This document shows, piece after piece, positions 9,103-18,800 of a stretch of 64,000 bases of DNA. The stretch lies in the NCBI GenBank assembly GCA_963675665.1, contig OY776510.1, positions 2,880,001 to 2,944,000 of the forward strand, in the 5' to 3' direction. The DNA comes from Spirochaetia bacterium (GTDB lineage Bacteria > Spirochaetota > Spirochaetia > UBA9216). The stretch's first letter is position 1, and every line of letters begins with the position of its first letter. Under the pieces are notes generated by a model that was not told the origin of the DNA, did no database searches, and saw nothing but the letters and a program-made list of their open reading frames with translations. Position numbers and translations under genes: made by a program.

Positions 9103-10242
9103 ATGGAAAATAAAGAACGTCAAATCAGGGATCTTGAAAAGAAAATTGACCTGGCCGAATCAGTAATAGATGTACAGTATGAAAATATCGGCGAAGTTAT
9201 TTTTGCCGCAGAAGCGGAGAAGAAAGAATCTTCACTGGCTTCAGGTATTTTACGCGAGATTGATGAAATCGACGATGAAGTTAACAGTGAACGTGAACGT
9301 ATCAACAACATTCTGAATGCTGTTGAACGCGCCGACGAAATAGAAGCAATCCGAAAAAGTCTTACAGAAAAAATCAGGTCCATTGAAAAGGACAATATCT
9401 CGAATTATGAAACAATAGGACGGGCAAGTTTCGAAGCCTTTAAAGCCGGCGAGCTTCCTTCTGATAAGTATGCGGATATTTTTTCCGAAATAGTAAAAAC
9501 AATGGTCAAGATCGATGACCATGAGGCGGAAGCAACAAGGCTTGAAGATAAAACCGATCAGCTGGGGCTGTTCGACAAGATGAAATCCGGAGCAAGGAAG
9601 ATCTATCTTAAAAATGCCGTCAACGGATATTATCGACAGCTGCAACGCCAATACAAGAAGGCGGGAGCAAATATCTGTCATTCGGAACTGGTTATGAACC
9701 TCGAAGCTGAATCGGTTGAAAAGGCCATGACGCCTTTTCGTGAAAATCTCGAAGGTCTTGAAAAACTTGAAAAAGAAGATCAGGAGCTGACTTCGGAAAC
9801 TGAAAAATTGCAGGGCAACCTTGAAGGTCTCGGGGTTCAGTCCAATGCAGTTAAAACAGTCAATGATATCGAGAAGCACATCAATAAGCTTTATCTGGCA
9901 AGGAAGGACAAGCAAAGAGAAGCCGGCCAGCTGATATTTCTGAATCAGAAAGATGTTCTTGCCAGGTCCTCAAAGGTAAAAGTGATACTGAAAGAAATCC
10001 GGAATGAGAAAGATGTAATCACTGAAAGCCGGGAAGAAATCGAACGGTGTAAAGCAGAAATTGAAATTGAGAAACACAACAGGGAAATAAAAGCTCTTAA
10101 TCGAAAAATCAACGGATTTGAAGAAAAGATATCATCTTACAGCCAGGAGGCGGATCAGCTTAAGGAAAAGATACAGCAGGCTGAGCAGAATATAAAAAAA
10201 CTGGAGACTTCATCAGGCAATGGAGAGGAAGAAAATGGCTAA
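9103..10242 (+). CDS. Coiled-coil hypothetical protein
   Basis: 379 aa, E/K-rich heptad pattern. Confidence 0.75.
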   Translation: MENKERQIRDLEKKIDLAESVIDVQYENIGEVIFAAEAEKKESSLASGILREIDEIDDEVNSERERINNILNAVERADEIEAIRKSLTEKIRSIEKDNISNYETIGRASFEAFKAGELPSDKYADIFSEIVKTMVKIDDHEAEATRLEDKTDQLGLFDKMKSGARKIYLKNAVNGYYRQLQRQYKKAGANICHSELVMNLEAESVEKAMTPFRENLEGLEKLEKEDQELTSETEKLQGNLEGLGVQSNAVKTVNDIEKHINKLYLARKDKQREAGQLIFLNQKDVLARSSKVKVILKEIRNEKDVITESREEIERCKAEIEIEKHNREIKALNRKINGFEEKISSYSQEADQLKEKIQQAEQNIKKLETSSGNGEEENG

Positions 10243-10984
10243 GATTGGAATTATCGGCGGAAGCGGACTGGATAACCCCGAAATACTTAAAGATGCTTTA
10301 GACAAAGAAGTCGACACCTGTTGGGGCAAGCCTTCATGTCCGCTGAAAGCGGGTACTATAGCAGGAAAGGAAGTAATCATCATAGGACGTCACGGCCGGG
10401 AGCATACAATCCCTCCGACTCAGGTTAACTACAGGGCAAATATTCAGGCGCTCAAGGATGCCGGGTGCACACATATTATAGCTACCACGGCAGTAGGTTC
10501 GCTGCGGCAGGAGATAGGCCGTGGGCATTTTGTCGTACTGGATCAGTTTATTGATTTCACCCGGCACCGGGACATTACTTTTTACGAAAGTTTCGAGCCC
10601 GGCAAGATGGTCCATACCGGAATGGCGGACCCGTTTAACTCCGAACTCCGGAAACTGCTCATTTTAAAGGCTGACGAACTCGGGCTGGAGTATCATCCGG
10701 TTGGAACAGTAATTACCATTGAAGGTCCGCGTTTTTCCACCAGGGCGGAATCTCATATGTTCAGATTATGGGGAGCCGACGTAATCAATATGTCTATAGC
10801 CCCCGAGACAATTCTGGCAAATGAAGCCGGAATTCCCTACGCGGCTGTGGCCATGAGTACCGATTACGACTGCTGGAAGGAAGACGAGGCTCCTGTAAGC
10901 TGGGAAGCGGTGCTTGAGGTTTTTGAAAACAATGTCGAAAAAATGATCAGGCTGTTGACCGCCGTAATTCCGGAGATCAATTGA
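10235..10984 (+). CDS. mtnP: S-methyl-5'-thioadenosine phosphorylase
   Basis: 'IGIIGGSG', 'GRHGREH', 'EGPRFSTRAES', 'STDYDCW'. Confidence 0.9.
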   Translation: MAKIGIIGGSGLDNPEILKDALDKEVDTCWGKPSCPLKAGTIAGKEVIIIGRHGREHTIPPTQVNYRANIQALKDAGCTHIIATTAVGSLRQEIGRGHFVVLDQFIDFTRHRDITFYESFEPGKMVHTGMADPFNSELRKLLILKADELGLEYHPVGTVITIEGPRFSTRAESHMFRLWGADVINMSIAPETILANEAGIPYAAVAMSTDYDCWKEDEAPVSWEAVLEVFENNVEKMIRLLTAVIPEIN

Positions 10985-11667
10985 TAGCGCTTACCGCCGC
11001 AATGCAGCCTGAAATCGGGTTTCTAAAATCCTCAATAACCGAGCAGGAAATTATCAGGTGGAGCAACTGGGAGTTCATAATAGGCCGTCTGGGAGGGCGG
11101 GAAGTTGTTGCTGTAAAGACCGGAATCGGCAAGGTCCTTGCTGCAGCAGTTACACAGAAAATTATAGATCAGTTTTCTCCTTCTGCAATTATAATGAGCG
11201 GTATAGGAGGTTCGATTAACCCTGAAATACGAAGAGGCGATCTGGTAATCGGCATGGATTGTGTTCAGCATGATTTTGATTCGACCGAATTCGGTTTTAG
11301 GCGCGGACATATACCGCATTCAGATTATCACATCATTCCTTCGGATCCGAATTTAGTCAGAACAGCCTTGCTTTATAAAAAAGAACCGCTGAAAACCGGA
11401 CGAATTCTTACTGGAGACCAGTTTATTACCCGCGCGCATGAAAAAGAGTTTGAATACCTTAGAAATGAACTTAATGGAGATATTGTTGAGATGGAAGGGG
11501 CGGCTGCAGGATTGACTGCATTAATAAATGATGTGCCGTTTCTTATTATCCGGGTAGTCTCGGACAATGCCGACGGGGAATCAAAAGGCAGTTACAGGAA
11601 ATTCGTAAATACTGCTTCGGAACGCAGCTTTCATTTAATTGAACACATTCTAATGAACCTGGAATAA
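10981..11667 (+). CDS. mtnN: MTA/SAH nucleosidase
   Basis: 'GIGKVLAA', 'TGDQF', 'VEMEGAA', 'IRVVSDNAD'. Confidence 0.85.
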   Translation: MIALTAAMQPEIGFLKSSITEQEIIRWSNWEFIIGRLGGREVVAVKTGIGKVLAAAVTQKIIDQFSPSAIIMSGIGGSINPEIRRGDLVIGMDCVQHDFDSTEFGFRRGHIPHSDYHIIPSDPNLVRTALLYKKEPLKTGRILTGDQFITRAHEKEFEYLRNELNGDIVEMEGAAAGLTALINDVPFLIIRVVSDNADGESKGSYRKFVNTASERSFHLIEHILMNLE

Positions 11668-11671
11668 ATAA

Positions 11672-12583
11672 TTGAAAAAAATATCAGTGCCCGAGAGCAC
11701 CAGAGCTGAAGGAATTCTGGCTTTTACAACCATATTGTGGGGTATGACGTTTATAGTGATAAAGACGGGTCTTCATGATGCGTCTCCCATGATTTTTCTT
11801 TGTATCCGTTTCGGCGCTGCATTTATAATCTACACAATTTTATTCCGCAGACATTTCAGGAAACTTGGCAGGAAGACGATTGTCAGGGCTGTTTTTCTTT
11901 CACTGTTTTTTTTCAGCGGGTATGCTTTTCAGACTATAGGATTGAAATATACTACAGTTGCAAAATCGGCGTTGTTTACGTATATGTTTGCAGTGTTTGT
12001 TCCTCCGCTGCAGTTTTTCTTTACCGGCAAGAAACCGAAAATCCTGAATATTACGGCTCTCGTGATAGTTTTTTTGGGAATGTATATATTTACGGCCCCG
12101 GGAAACTCAACACTGAATACCGGTGATTTTCTGACCTTAATAGGAGCAGTAGGTTATTCTTTCTTTATCATATTTGTTGATCGCTATACCGGAGAAGAGG
12201 ATCCTGTCGTTCTTACGGGTTTTCAGTTCCTTGTAAGCGCAGCAGTTGCAGGCGTAATGTCGATATTCCTTGAGGATACTTTTGTGATCCCCACACTGAG
12301 CCTGACGGTATCGATACTTTATCTTGCAATTCCGGGCAGCGTTATTGCCATCCTGTTTATGAATAAATACCAGGGAAGGACGACTCCGATTAAAGCCTGC
12401 ATAATCTATGCGCTTGAACCGGTTTTTACAATCTTCTTCGGCTGGATTATTCTTCATGAAAAGCTGACTTCTTCCGAAATGCTTGGGGCTGTGCTTATTC
12501 TGGCGGGAGTGATTTTTACCGAGCTTGCGGGAATAATAAAAAAACGCCCCGCGATGCTGAATCGGCGGGACGGTGGACCCTAG
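11672..12583 (+). CDS. DMT/EamA family transporter
   Basis: 10 TM segments, 'LWGMTF', 'LEPVF'. Confidence 0.88.
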   Translation: MKKISVPESTRAEGILAFTTILWGMTFIVIKTGLHDASPMIFLCIRFGAAFIIYTILFRRHFRKLGRKTIVRAVFLSLFFFSGYAFQTIGLKYTTVAKSALFTYMFAVFVPPLQFFFTGKKPKILNITALVIVFLGMYIFTAPGNSTLNTGDFLTLIGAVGYSFFIIFVDRYTGEEDPVVLTGFQFLVSAAVAGVMSIFLEDTFVIPTLSLTVSILYLAIPGSVIAILFMNKYQGRTTPIKACIIYALEPVFTIFFGWIILHEKLTSSEMLGAVLILAGVIFTELAGIIKKRPAMLNRRDGGP

Positions 12584-13030
12584 CTATTTCAGAATAAAAT
12601 AGATGTTTGTCAAAAGCTCTTCTACCGGGACTTCTTCAGGAGAATTCAGATACTCTTCATACATGAACTCTTCGGGTATACGGTTCTGCTCTTTGCAGAA
12701 CGCGGAAAGTTCAGTATAGGTTTTTTCAAGGCTATCATACGGCCCTTTGTGAGTCGCTGTAGCCTGTTCTCCTCCGGGAAGTCTGGAACGTTTGACCCTG
12801 CCGTGATCAGTTGAAGCCCCGGTTGCCGGGAACCCCGCTTCGATATCCAGGTTTTCCATATCCATATTGTAATAAATTACAAAAGGCGCCCCGGTACAGG
12901 TGATTCCGTCAGTGCCGAACAGAGAAGCAATTTCACCGTATATTGAACCGAGATTTTCAGGCATATCTGCCAGTGATGTGAACATCCTTACGCTCAGGGT
13001 GTCCGTTTCATTTTTCGTAATAATTTTCAT
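12584..13030 (-). CDS. GyrI-like small-molecule-binding protein
   Basis: 'HKGPYDSL..TY..L', 'YEEYLNSP..V..EELLT.IY'. Confidence 0.85.
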   Translation of the reverse strand: MKIITKNETDTLSVRMFTSLADMPENLGSIYGEIASLFGTDGITCTGAPFVIYYNMDMENLDIEAGFPATGASTDHGRVKRSRLPGGEQATATHKGPYDSLEKTYTELSAFCKEQNRIPEEFMYEEYLNSPEEVPVEELLTNIYFILK

Positions 13031-13073
13031 AATTTTCCTCCGTTGAAATAATGATTACAGTCTAAACATCATA

Positions 13074-13093
13074 TACGACAACAGTATGTCGTA
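13074..13093. promoter_or_regulatory. Palindromic operator TACGACA-N6-TGTCGTA, probable WYL-regulator site
   Basis: Perfect 7-6-7 inverted repeat 9 bp upstream of minus-strand -10 TAGACT (13064-13059) of the GyrI-like gene. Confidence 0.7.
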
Positions 13094-13104
13094 ATTGGAA
13101 AAAA

Positions 13105-14040
13105 TTATTCGTAAATCGATGCAATTTTTTCGGCGCCGTCCCGGATTATTTCTCTTAAGCGGGGAGGCTCAAGCACTTCAACAAACTGGCCGAAGCTGAG
13201 GATGTATCCGTAAAGCCACCCGCTTTCAGGCATTCTGATGTTAATTACAATATGTTTGTCATCACGATATTCAATATCCTCAGCACGGTAATATTCTTCA
13301 ACAACTGTCCACATTTCCTTGTCGAACCGGAGTTTTATATCCAGCATATCCGGCTGTATACGGTTTCCTGTTTCTGTTTCGAAATCGTCAAAGCTTTTCT
13401 TTCTTCTGTTAAAAGTTTTGGGAAGAATCTCGGGATTGCGAATTTTTGAAGCGCGAAAGATCCTGTAATCATCTTTAAGTCTGCAGTACCCGAACAGATA
13501 CCAGGCCCGCCATTTAAATACAATAGTCATCGGTTCCACTGTTCTGACGGAATGTTCCAGTTTATTGTTGATATAATTGAAATTCAACAGCCTGTCGGCT
13601 TCAACCGCGTTCTGAACGATATTAAGGACCTTGCGCTGCTCCTCATTTCCTCCGAGCATGCTGAAATCAATATGCAGTTTTTCATGACGTTCATTGAAAG
13701 CGGCTGTATCAACCGCGGGAATAAGACCGGTCATCTTTTCTATTGTGTTATTGATTTTTTTATCTTCCAGCGAAGAACCGATACCTTTCAACGAAGATAT
13801 TATATAATAAAGATCGTCGAGACTTATAAGCTGCCTGTCCATTTTGTAGGTATCCATAATACTGTACCCGCCGTTAGGGCCCTGAATGCTTACAACAGGT
13901 ATTCCTGCAAGGTCTATGGTTTCCATATCACGCTGTATTGTGCGGACGGAAACATCAAAACGGTCGGAAAGTTCCCGTGCGCTGACCAGGTCGCGGTTCA
14001 GCAGGTATACAATAATGGACAGAAGGCGATCTATCTTCAT
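13105..14040 (-). CDS. YafY/PafBC-type HTH-WYL-WCX transcriptional regulator
   Basis: 'DVSVRTIQRD', 'GPNGGY', 'AWYLFGYC..KDDYRIFR', 'EVLEP..LR'. Confidence 0.93.
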   Translation of the reverse strand: MKIDRLLSIIVYLLNRDLVSARELSDRFDVSVRTIQRDMETIDLAGIPVVSIQGPNGGYSIMDTYKMDRQLISLDDLYYIISSLKGIGSSLEDKKINNTIEKMTGLIPAVDTAAFNERHEKLHIDFSMLGGNEEQRKVLNIVQNAVEADRLLNFNYINNKLEHSVRTVEPMTIVFKWRAWYLFGYCRLKDDYRIFRASKIRNPEILPKTFNRRKKSFDDFETETGNRIQPDMLDIKLRFDKEMWTVVEEYYRAEDIEYRDDKHIVINIRMPESGWLYGYILSFGQFVEVLEPPRLREIIRDGAEKIASIYE

Positions 14041-14147
14041 ACTGCGATGATAAGTTCCACTCCTGAAAACGTCAAGGTAACGACCATTGACTTTTTAAGA
14101 ATAGAAAGGTATATTAACTGACCTGAAAGGTTTTATAGGAGATTAAG

Positions 14148-14342
14148 ATGTCGAAAGCACATAGAGGTTTCGGAGTACGCGAACTTGTAAGCAATGGCAG
14201 GGGGACATGTCCTGTATGCGGCAGAACTGGTATCAAAGTTCTTTATGAATATGAAAAAGACGGAAAGAAGTTCAATATATGCAAACAGTGCAAGGTTGCA
14301 ATTGCAAGAGGCAAAAAGGCTGATGCCGTATCAGCTCTTTAA
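14148..14342 (+). CDS. Small basic zinc-ribbon protein
   Basis: CPVC...CKQC, AGGAG RBS, own terminator. Confidence 0.75.
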   Translation: MSKAHRGFGVRELVSNGRGTCPVCGRTGIKVLYEYEKDGKKFNICKQCKVAIARGKKADAVSAL

Positions 14343-14374
14343 ATAAACGTTACAAACCTGTACGTTTAAACCAG

Positions 14375-14411
14375 AACCCCGGCAGTGCTGACGCATGACC
14401 GGGGTTTTTTA
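14375..14411 (+). terminator. Intrinsic terminator
   Basis: aaccccgg...ccggggtt followed by T-run, between convergent genes. Confidence 0.7.
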
Positions 14412-14433
14412 TAGGTATGTCTGATAATCCTGA

Positions 14434-15138
14434 TTAGAATTTATAACCAATACATAGAAGAATGCCGGAATTAAAAGCTTTACGGTAACCCCCGTAAGTA
14501 TTCTCATCCTCGGGTGTAAAAGCCAGGGCAGACGTAACCGACACCGGAAAACGGAACTCGTAAACAAGGTGTCCGGCTTCATAACCGGCAGAGAATAAAA
14601 GTCCGGCATCATGCCGTCTGGCTTCGGTAATAATCTCCTCTTCTCCGATTGTTATATTTCCGTTTCCATTCCATTCTGATCCGGGAACATCGAATTTATA
14701 ACTGCCGCCGAGAAAATAACTGTAATATCCGCCGCCGCCCAGCCAGAAATTTTCTGTTTCCGAGAATGTGTAATTCCTTTTCAGCCATACAGGCAGCTCC
14801 AGGTAATGAAACCTCCATTTAAGGCTGCCGTCGGAAGCGTCAAGCGAGGCGCCCTTGCCGTTATAGCCGGCTTCGACCTGAACGGCAATTTCATCCGTAA
14901 TATTAAACTCAGCGCAGGCCCATGCCGCTCCCTGCAGGGCAAACATGGTAACGGAGTTCCAGCTGTTGTCTTCCAGCCAGAAAAAGCTGGGCAGTGATAA
15001 AGCTGCTTTCAATTCGGCTTCGAAAAATGCGGGCTGATCCGGGCCGGATTCCATAAGATCTTCAGCTGACAATGCCTGAGTGTAAAGCAGCAAAAGCAGT
15101 ATTGAAAGGGATATTTTAATTATTCTTTTTTTAACCAT
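14434..15138 (-). CDS. Outer-membrane beta-barrel (porin-family) protein
   Basis: Signal peptide, 'YNGKG', 'YLELPV', C-terminal 'IGYKF'. Confidence 0.75.
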   Translation of the reverse strand: MVKKRIIKISLSILLLLLYTQALSAEDLMESGPDQPAFFEAELKAALSLPSFFWLEDNSWNSVTMFALQGAAWACAEFNITDEIAVQVEAGYNGKGASLDASDGSLKWRFHYLELPVWLKRNYTFSETENFWLGGGGYYSYFLGGSYKFDVPGSEWNGNGNITIGEEEIITEARRHDAGLLFSAGYEAGHLVYEFRFPVSVTSALAFTPEDENTYGGYRKAFNSGILLCIGYKF

Positions 15139-15152
15139 AAGACCAGAATACG

Positions 15153-16385
15153 TCAGTTTGTCTTCGACGTCAAGAAATCCGCAATGCTTCCATGTTTGAT
15201 TGCCGAGATCCCTGAATCATAAAATTTCCTGATATCGGGATGATTTACCGGCCCGAAAATTGCCTCTACCACATCCACCGTATTGATCCCGGTAAGGCTT
15301 CTTGCCGGAACCCATGAACCGCCGTCGTCTCCTGCAGCAAGCAACAGGTTATTCGTCTGGAGAAGATCGGTCATTTCACGTATATCGCTGATAGAAACGG
15401 AAAAAATAGAAGCAAGCTGGTCCGTAGTAGGGCCCTTGCGGCCGTTTTCAAACTCTTCCGCTACTACGAGAAACAGTTCAAACCCGAAAGTCAGTTTTTC
15501 CGACGGAGACATGTCGCATGCCGGCTTTCCCATCCAGGATTTTTCCTTATGCTGCAGGATCCAGGCTGTTTCCATTGCTATCAGAATTATCATCCAGATA
15601 ATAAAAACCCAGAACAAAAAAATGGGAATGAGTGCAAGCGTACCGTAGATGACAGAGGTGCGGATAGCCCAGCTTGATAAATGAAAAAAGCCGTATTTAA
15701 GCAGTTCCCAGAACACCGATCCGACAGCCGATACAATTACAAGGTATTTTACCCTGACACGGCCCGAAGGCGTTATGCCGATTATCAGTAAAATGACGAA
15801 AAAATCAAAAATGTACGGCGCAATTCTGAGCAGGATTCTGTTGAGCACTGCAATATTTTCTATTTGCTTGAAAGAAAACTGCGACGACATGGTTGTGCTT
15901 GCAGCAAGAAGAAGGCTGCCGAATATTATTACCGATACATAGGTTGTGAACTTGCTTAGAAAATTAGTCTGTACCTTGCTTCCCCATACTGCGTTAAGAT
16001 TATCGCTGATGGTATTTAAAAGCAAAACGCTCGTTATTGTAAAGAAAACAAGCCCGACAACGCCGAGGGTGTTGGAATTTTCAAGAAACTGGTCAAGTAT
16101 GGCTATGACTTCAGCCTGCCGTGTCGGTATAAGCAGTCTGAAAATAAAGTCCATAATCTGAACCTGAACTACATCCAGAGCGCCGAATGCATTCATAAGC
16201 GACAGGACAAGGGCTGCAAAAGGGATGGCTGCCATTAATGTTGTATAAGCAAGACTTCCGGCCCTGGCAAATCCGGCATCCTTGATGAACTTTCTGTAGA
16301 CGTCGACTATAAGCTGGAACAGTGTTATCAGCAGAGAGATAAATATATTGTGTTTTCCGGTTTCCATTTCCATAATTTTATTCAT
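15153..16385 (-). CDS. YihY/BrkB family membrane protein with C-terminal wHTH-like extension
   Basis: 'RAGSLAYTTL..IP', 'IYGTLALIPIFLFW'; start moved to MNKIM to avoid overlap with murC. Confidence 0.85.
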   Translation of the reverse strand: MNKIMEMETGKHNIFISLLITLFQLIVDVYRKFIKDAGFARAGSLAYTTLMAAIPFAALVLSLMNAFGALDVVQVQIMDFIFRLLIPTRQAEVIAILDQFLENSNTLGVVGLVFFTITSVLLLNTISDNLNAVWGSKVQTNFLSKFTTYVSVIIFGSLLLAASTTMSSQFSFKQIENIAVLNRILLRIAPYIFDFFVILLIIGITPSGRVRVKYLVIVSAVGSVFWELLKYGFFHLSSWAIRTSVIYGTLALIPIFLFWVFIIWMIILIAMETAWILQHKEKSWMGKPACDMSPSEKLTFGFELFLVVAEEFENGRKGPTTDQLASIFSVSISDIREMTDLLQTNNLLLAAGDDGGSWVPARSLTGINTVDVVEAIFGPVNHPDIRKFYDSGISAIKHGSIADFLTSKTN

Positions 16386-16469
16386 ATTGTTATAATATCG
16401 GTAATTACACCCAATTTCTATAAAATGCCCATAATTGAAATTATTACTGAAATAATCTATTATACTGCC

Positions 16470-17936
16470 ATGATTGATGAAAAGCTGCCGGAGATAAACG
16501 GTAATGTAACATATTTTGTAGGAATAAAGGGTACCGGAATGACCGCTCTGGCCGAGATTTTTCGCGCCAGGGGTGCAATCGTAACCGGCTCGGACGTCAA
16601 AGACAAGTTTTATACCGATGATATTCTGCATGAGCTGGGAATACCGGTTTTTGAAGGTTTTTCAGAAGCCAACCTGCCGCATAGCACAAAGTTGCTTGTT
16701 TATTCGGCTGCTTATTCGCCAGATGAACACCCCGAGATTATTAAAGCCAGGGGGCTGGGAATAGATATTTTATCATATGCCGAAGCCCTCGGTCGTCTCT
16801 CCGGAGAGAGTGTTTCCGCGGGTATCTCGGGTGTTCACGGGAAAACAACTACTACGGCAATTGCCGGTACGGTTTTCAAGGAGTTTGATCTTCCGTTTTC
16901 AGTTATGACCGGTTCCGCCGCTGCAAATTTCGGCGGCAAGTCGACACTGGTTAAGGGGCATAAATATTTTATAGCTGAGACCTGCGAATACAAACGCCAT
17001 TTTCTTAATTTTCATCCCGACTATCTGGTTATTACAAGTATTGAGGCCGACCATCTTGATTATTTCTGTGACCTTGATGATGTAATAGGCGCATTTGTAG
17101 AATATGCGGAGCGGCTTCCAAAGAAGGGAACTTTGATTTATTGCGCGGATGACGCCGGAACTTTGAAAGCCGTCGGGATAATCGGGGTAAAAAGGCCTGA
17201 TCTTGTTATGGTTCCGTACGGTTTTAAAGCCGACGGCGATTTCAGAATCACCGGTTACGAACAGCTTTCCGGTGAACAAAGGTTTTTTGTAAAAAAATTC
17301 GGTGAGCGCGAATTTATTATAAAAGTTCCCGGGAGGCACAATATTCTAAACAGCACAGCAGCCGCTGCTTTGCTCCAGTCTATCCTTTTTCGCGAAGGAA
17401 TCAATACCGATTCTTACGACGGAATTGCAAAGGGGCTTGCCGGTTTCAGGGGAACCAAAAGGCGAAGTGAATTGATAGGCGAATCCGAAGGTATCCTGAT
17501 AATGGATGACTACGGGCACCATCCGGGAGCGATAAAAACAACCCTTGCAGGTCTGCGTGATTTCTACCCCGACAGAAGGATTGTTGTAGATTTTATGAGC
17601 CATACCTATTCAAGGACAGAAGCGCTTCTTGATGATTTTGCCGTTTCTTTCGGTTCGGCCGACGTTGTTCTTCTGCATAAAATCTACGCGTCGGCGCGGG
17701 AAAAGGCCGGAAATATTTCCGGACGAGATCTATACGACAGGGTAGCCGAGCAGCATGATGCTGTGTATTACTACGAAGAGGTTATGGATTCGCTCGATTT
17801 TATCAGTAAAGTGCTCAAACCAGGCGATTTATTTATTACCATGGGGGCCGGGGACAACTGGAAGCTCGGTCTGCGGCTGTTTGAAAAATTAAATCATAAT
17901 AAACCCAATCTTCAAAAACAGGGATGTGTAGAATGA
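16470..17936 (+). CDS. murC: UDP-N-acetylmuramate--L-alanine ligase
   Basis: 'GIKGTGMTALA', 'GVHGKTTTT', 'DHLD', 'DDYGHHP', 'MGAGD'. Confidence 0.93.
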   Translation: MIDEKLPEINGNVTYFVGIKGTGMTALAEIFRARGAIVTGSDVKDKFYTDDILHELGIPVFEGFSEANLPHSTKLLVYSAAYSPDEHPEIIKARGLGIDILSYAEALGRLSGESVSAGISGVHGKTTTTAIAGTVFKEFDLPFSVMTGSAAANFGGKSTLVKGHKYFIAETCEYKRHFLNFHPDYLVITSIEADHLDYFCDLDDVIGAFVEYAERLPKKGTLIYCADDAGTLKAVGIIGVKRPDLVMVPYGFKADGDFRITGYEQLSGEQRFFVKKFGEREFIIKVPGRHNILNSTAAAALLQSILFREGINTDSYDGIAKGLAGFRGTKRRSELIGESEGILIMDDYGHHPGAIKTTLAGLRDFYPDRRIVVDFMSHTYSRTEALLDDFAVSFGSADVVLLHKIYASAREKAGNISGRDLYDRVAEQHDAVYYYEEVMDSLDFISKVLKPGDLFITMGAGDNWKLGLRLFEKLNHNKPNLQKQGCVE

Positions 17937-18799
17937 AAAGTATGACCGGTTACGGTTACGCAGAATACCAGGATGAAAAAATTCATCTTATTCTCGAAAT
18001 GAAATCCTATAACAACCGTTATCTCGATATAATAATAAACCAGCCGGTTTTTCTGAATTCTCTTGAATCGGAAATCAGAAAATATATCAGTGATAACGCC
18101 GAACGCGGAAGGGTTGAACTTTATCTCCGTGTGCGCGAGCTCGAAGAAGATGTTAAAGTGCACATTGATAAAAGCGCCGCTTCTTCGTATGCGGAAGCGC
18201 TTAGGCAGTTGTCCAAAGCCGCCGGCATAGAAGAGAACGTCGGTCTCTCCCATATTCTTTCGTTCGAAGGGGTTCTAAAAACAGAAAAGAACAGGGATAT
18301 CGACGAGTACCGCACGAAAATAATGCCTCTGCTGGATTCATGTATGAGTCAATGGAACGAATCGAGACTGAAAGAAGGTCTTGAGACTGAAGCGCATATT
18401 AAATCAAATATTGATATAATTTACAATGCTCTTGAAGTGTTTGAACTGAATGCCGGACAGATGGAAGAAAACATTAAAACAAATATTAAAAACAAATTCG
18501 CGGAGGTTATAGGCGATTCCGTCGATGAACAGAGGGTGCTTGCCGAAACGGCGGTTCTGCTGGTCAAGTATTCCATAAGTGAAGAAATATCAAGGTTGAA
18601 GGGACATCTTGACTCATTTCTGAAGTCCGTTGAATCCGGTGAAGCAGCAGGAAAAAAGCTGGATTTTATCTGTCAGGAAATAAATCGTGAAGTAAACACA
18701 ATCGGCTCAAAATCGGTAATAATGCAGGTTAACCAGACGGTTGTTGAAGTTAAAGACAGCCTTGAAAACATTCGTGAACAATTGAGGAATGTGGAATAA
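17933..18799 (+). CDS. yicC: YicC/YloC family endoribonuclease
   Basis: 'MKSMTGYG', 'GKKLDFICQEINREVNTIGSK', 'REQLRNVE'. Confidence 0.92.
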   Translation: MKSMTGYGYAEYQDEKIHLILEMKSYNNRYLDIIINQPVFLNSLESEIRKYISDNAERGRVELYLRVRELEEDVKVHIDKSAASSYAEALRQLSKAAGIEENVGLSHILSFEGVLKTEKNRDIDEYRTKIMPLLDSCMSQWNESRLKEGLETEAHIKSNIDIIYNALEVFELNAGQMEENIKTNIKNKFAEVIGDSVDEQRVLAETAVLLVKYSISEEISRLKGHLDSFLKSVESGEAAGKKLDFICQEINREVNTIGSKSVIMQVNQTVVEVKDSLENIREQLRNVE

Positions 18800-18800
18800 A

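Noticed and set aside
14128-14147. 'ttttataggag' resembling the element 3' end
   Set aside because: No upstream hairpins or first GGAG, so it is an ordinary RBS.
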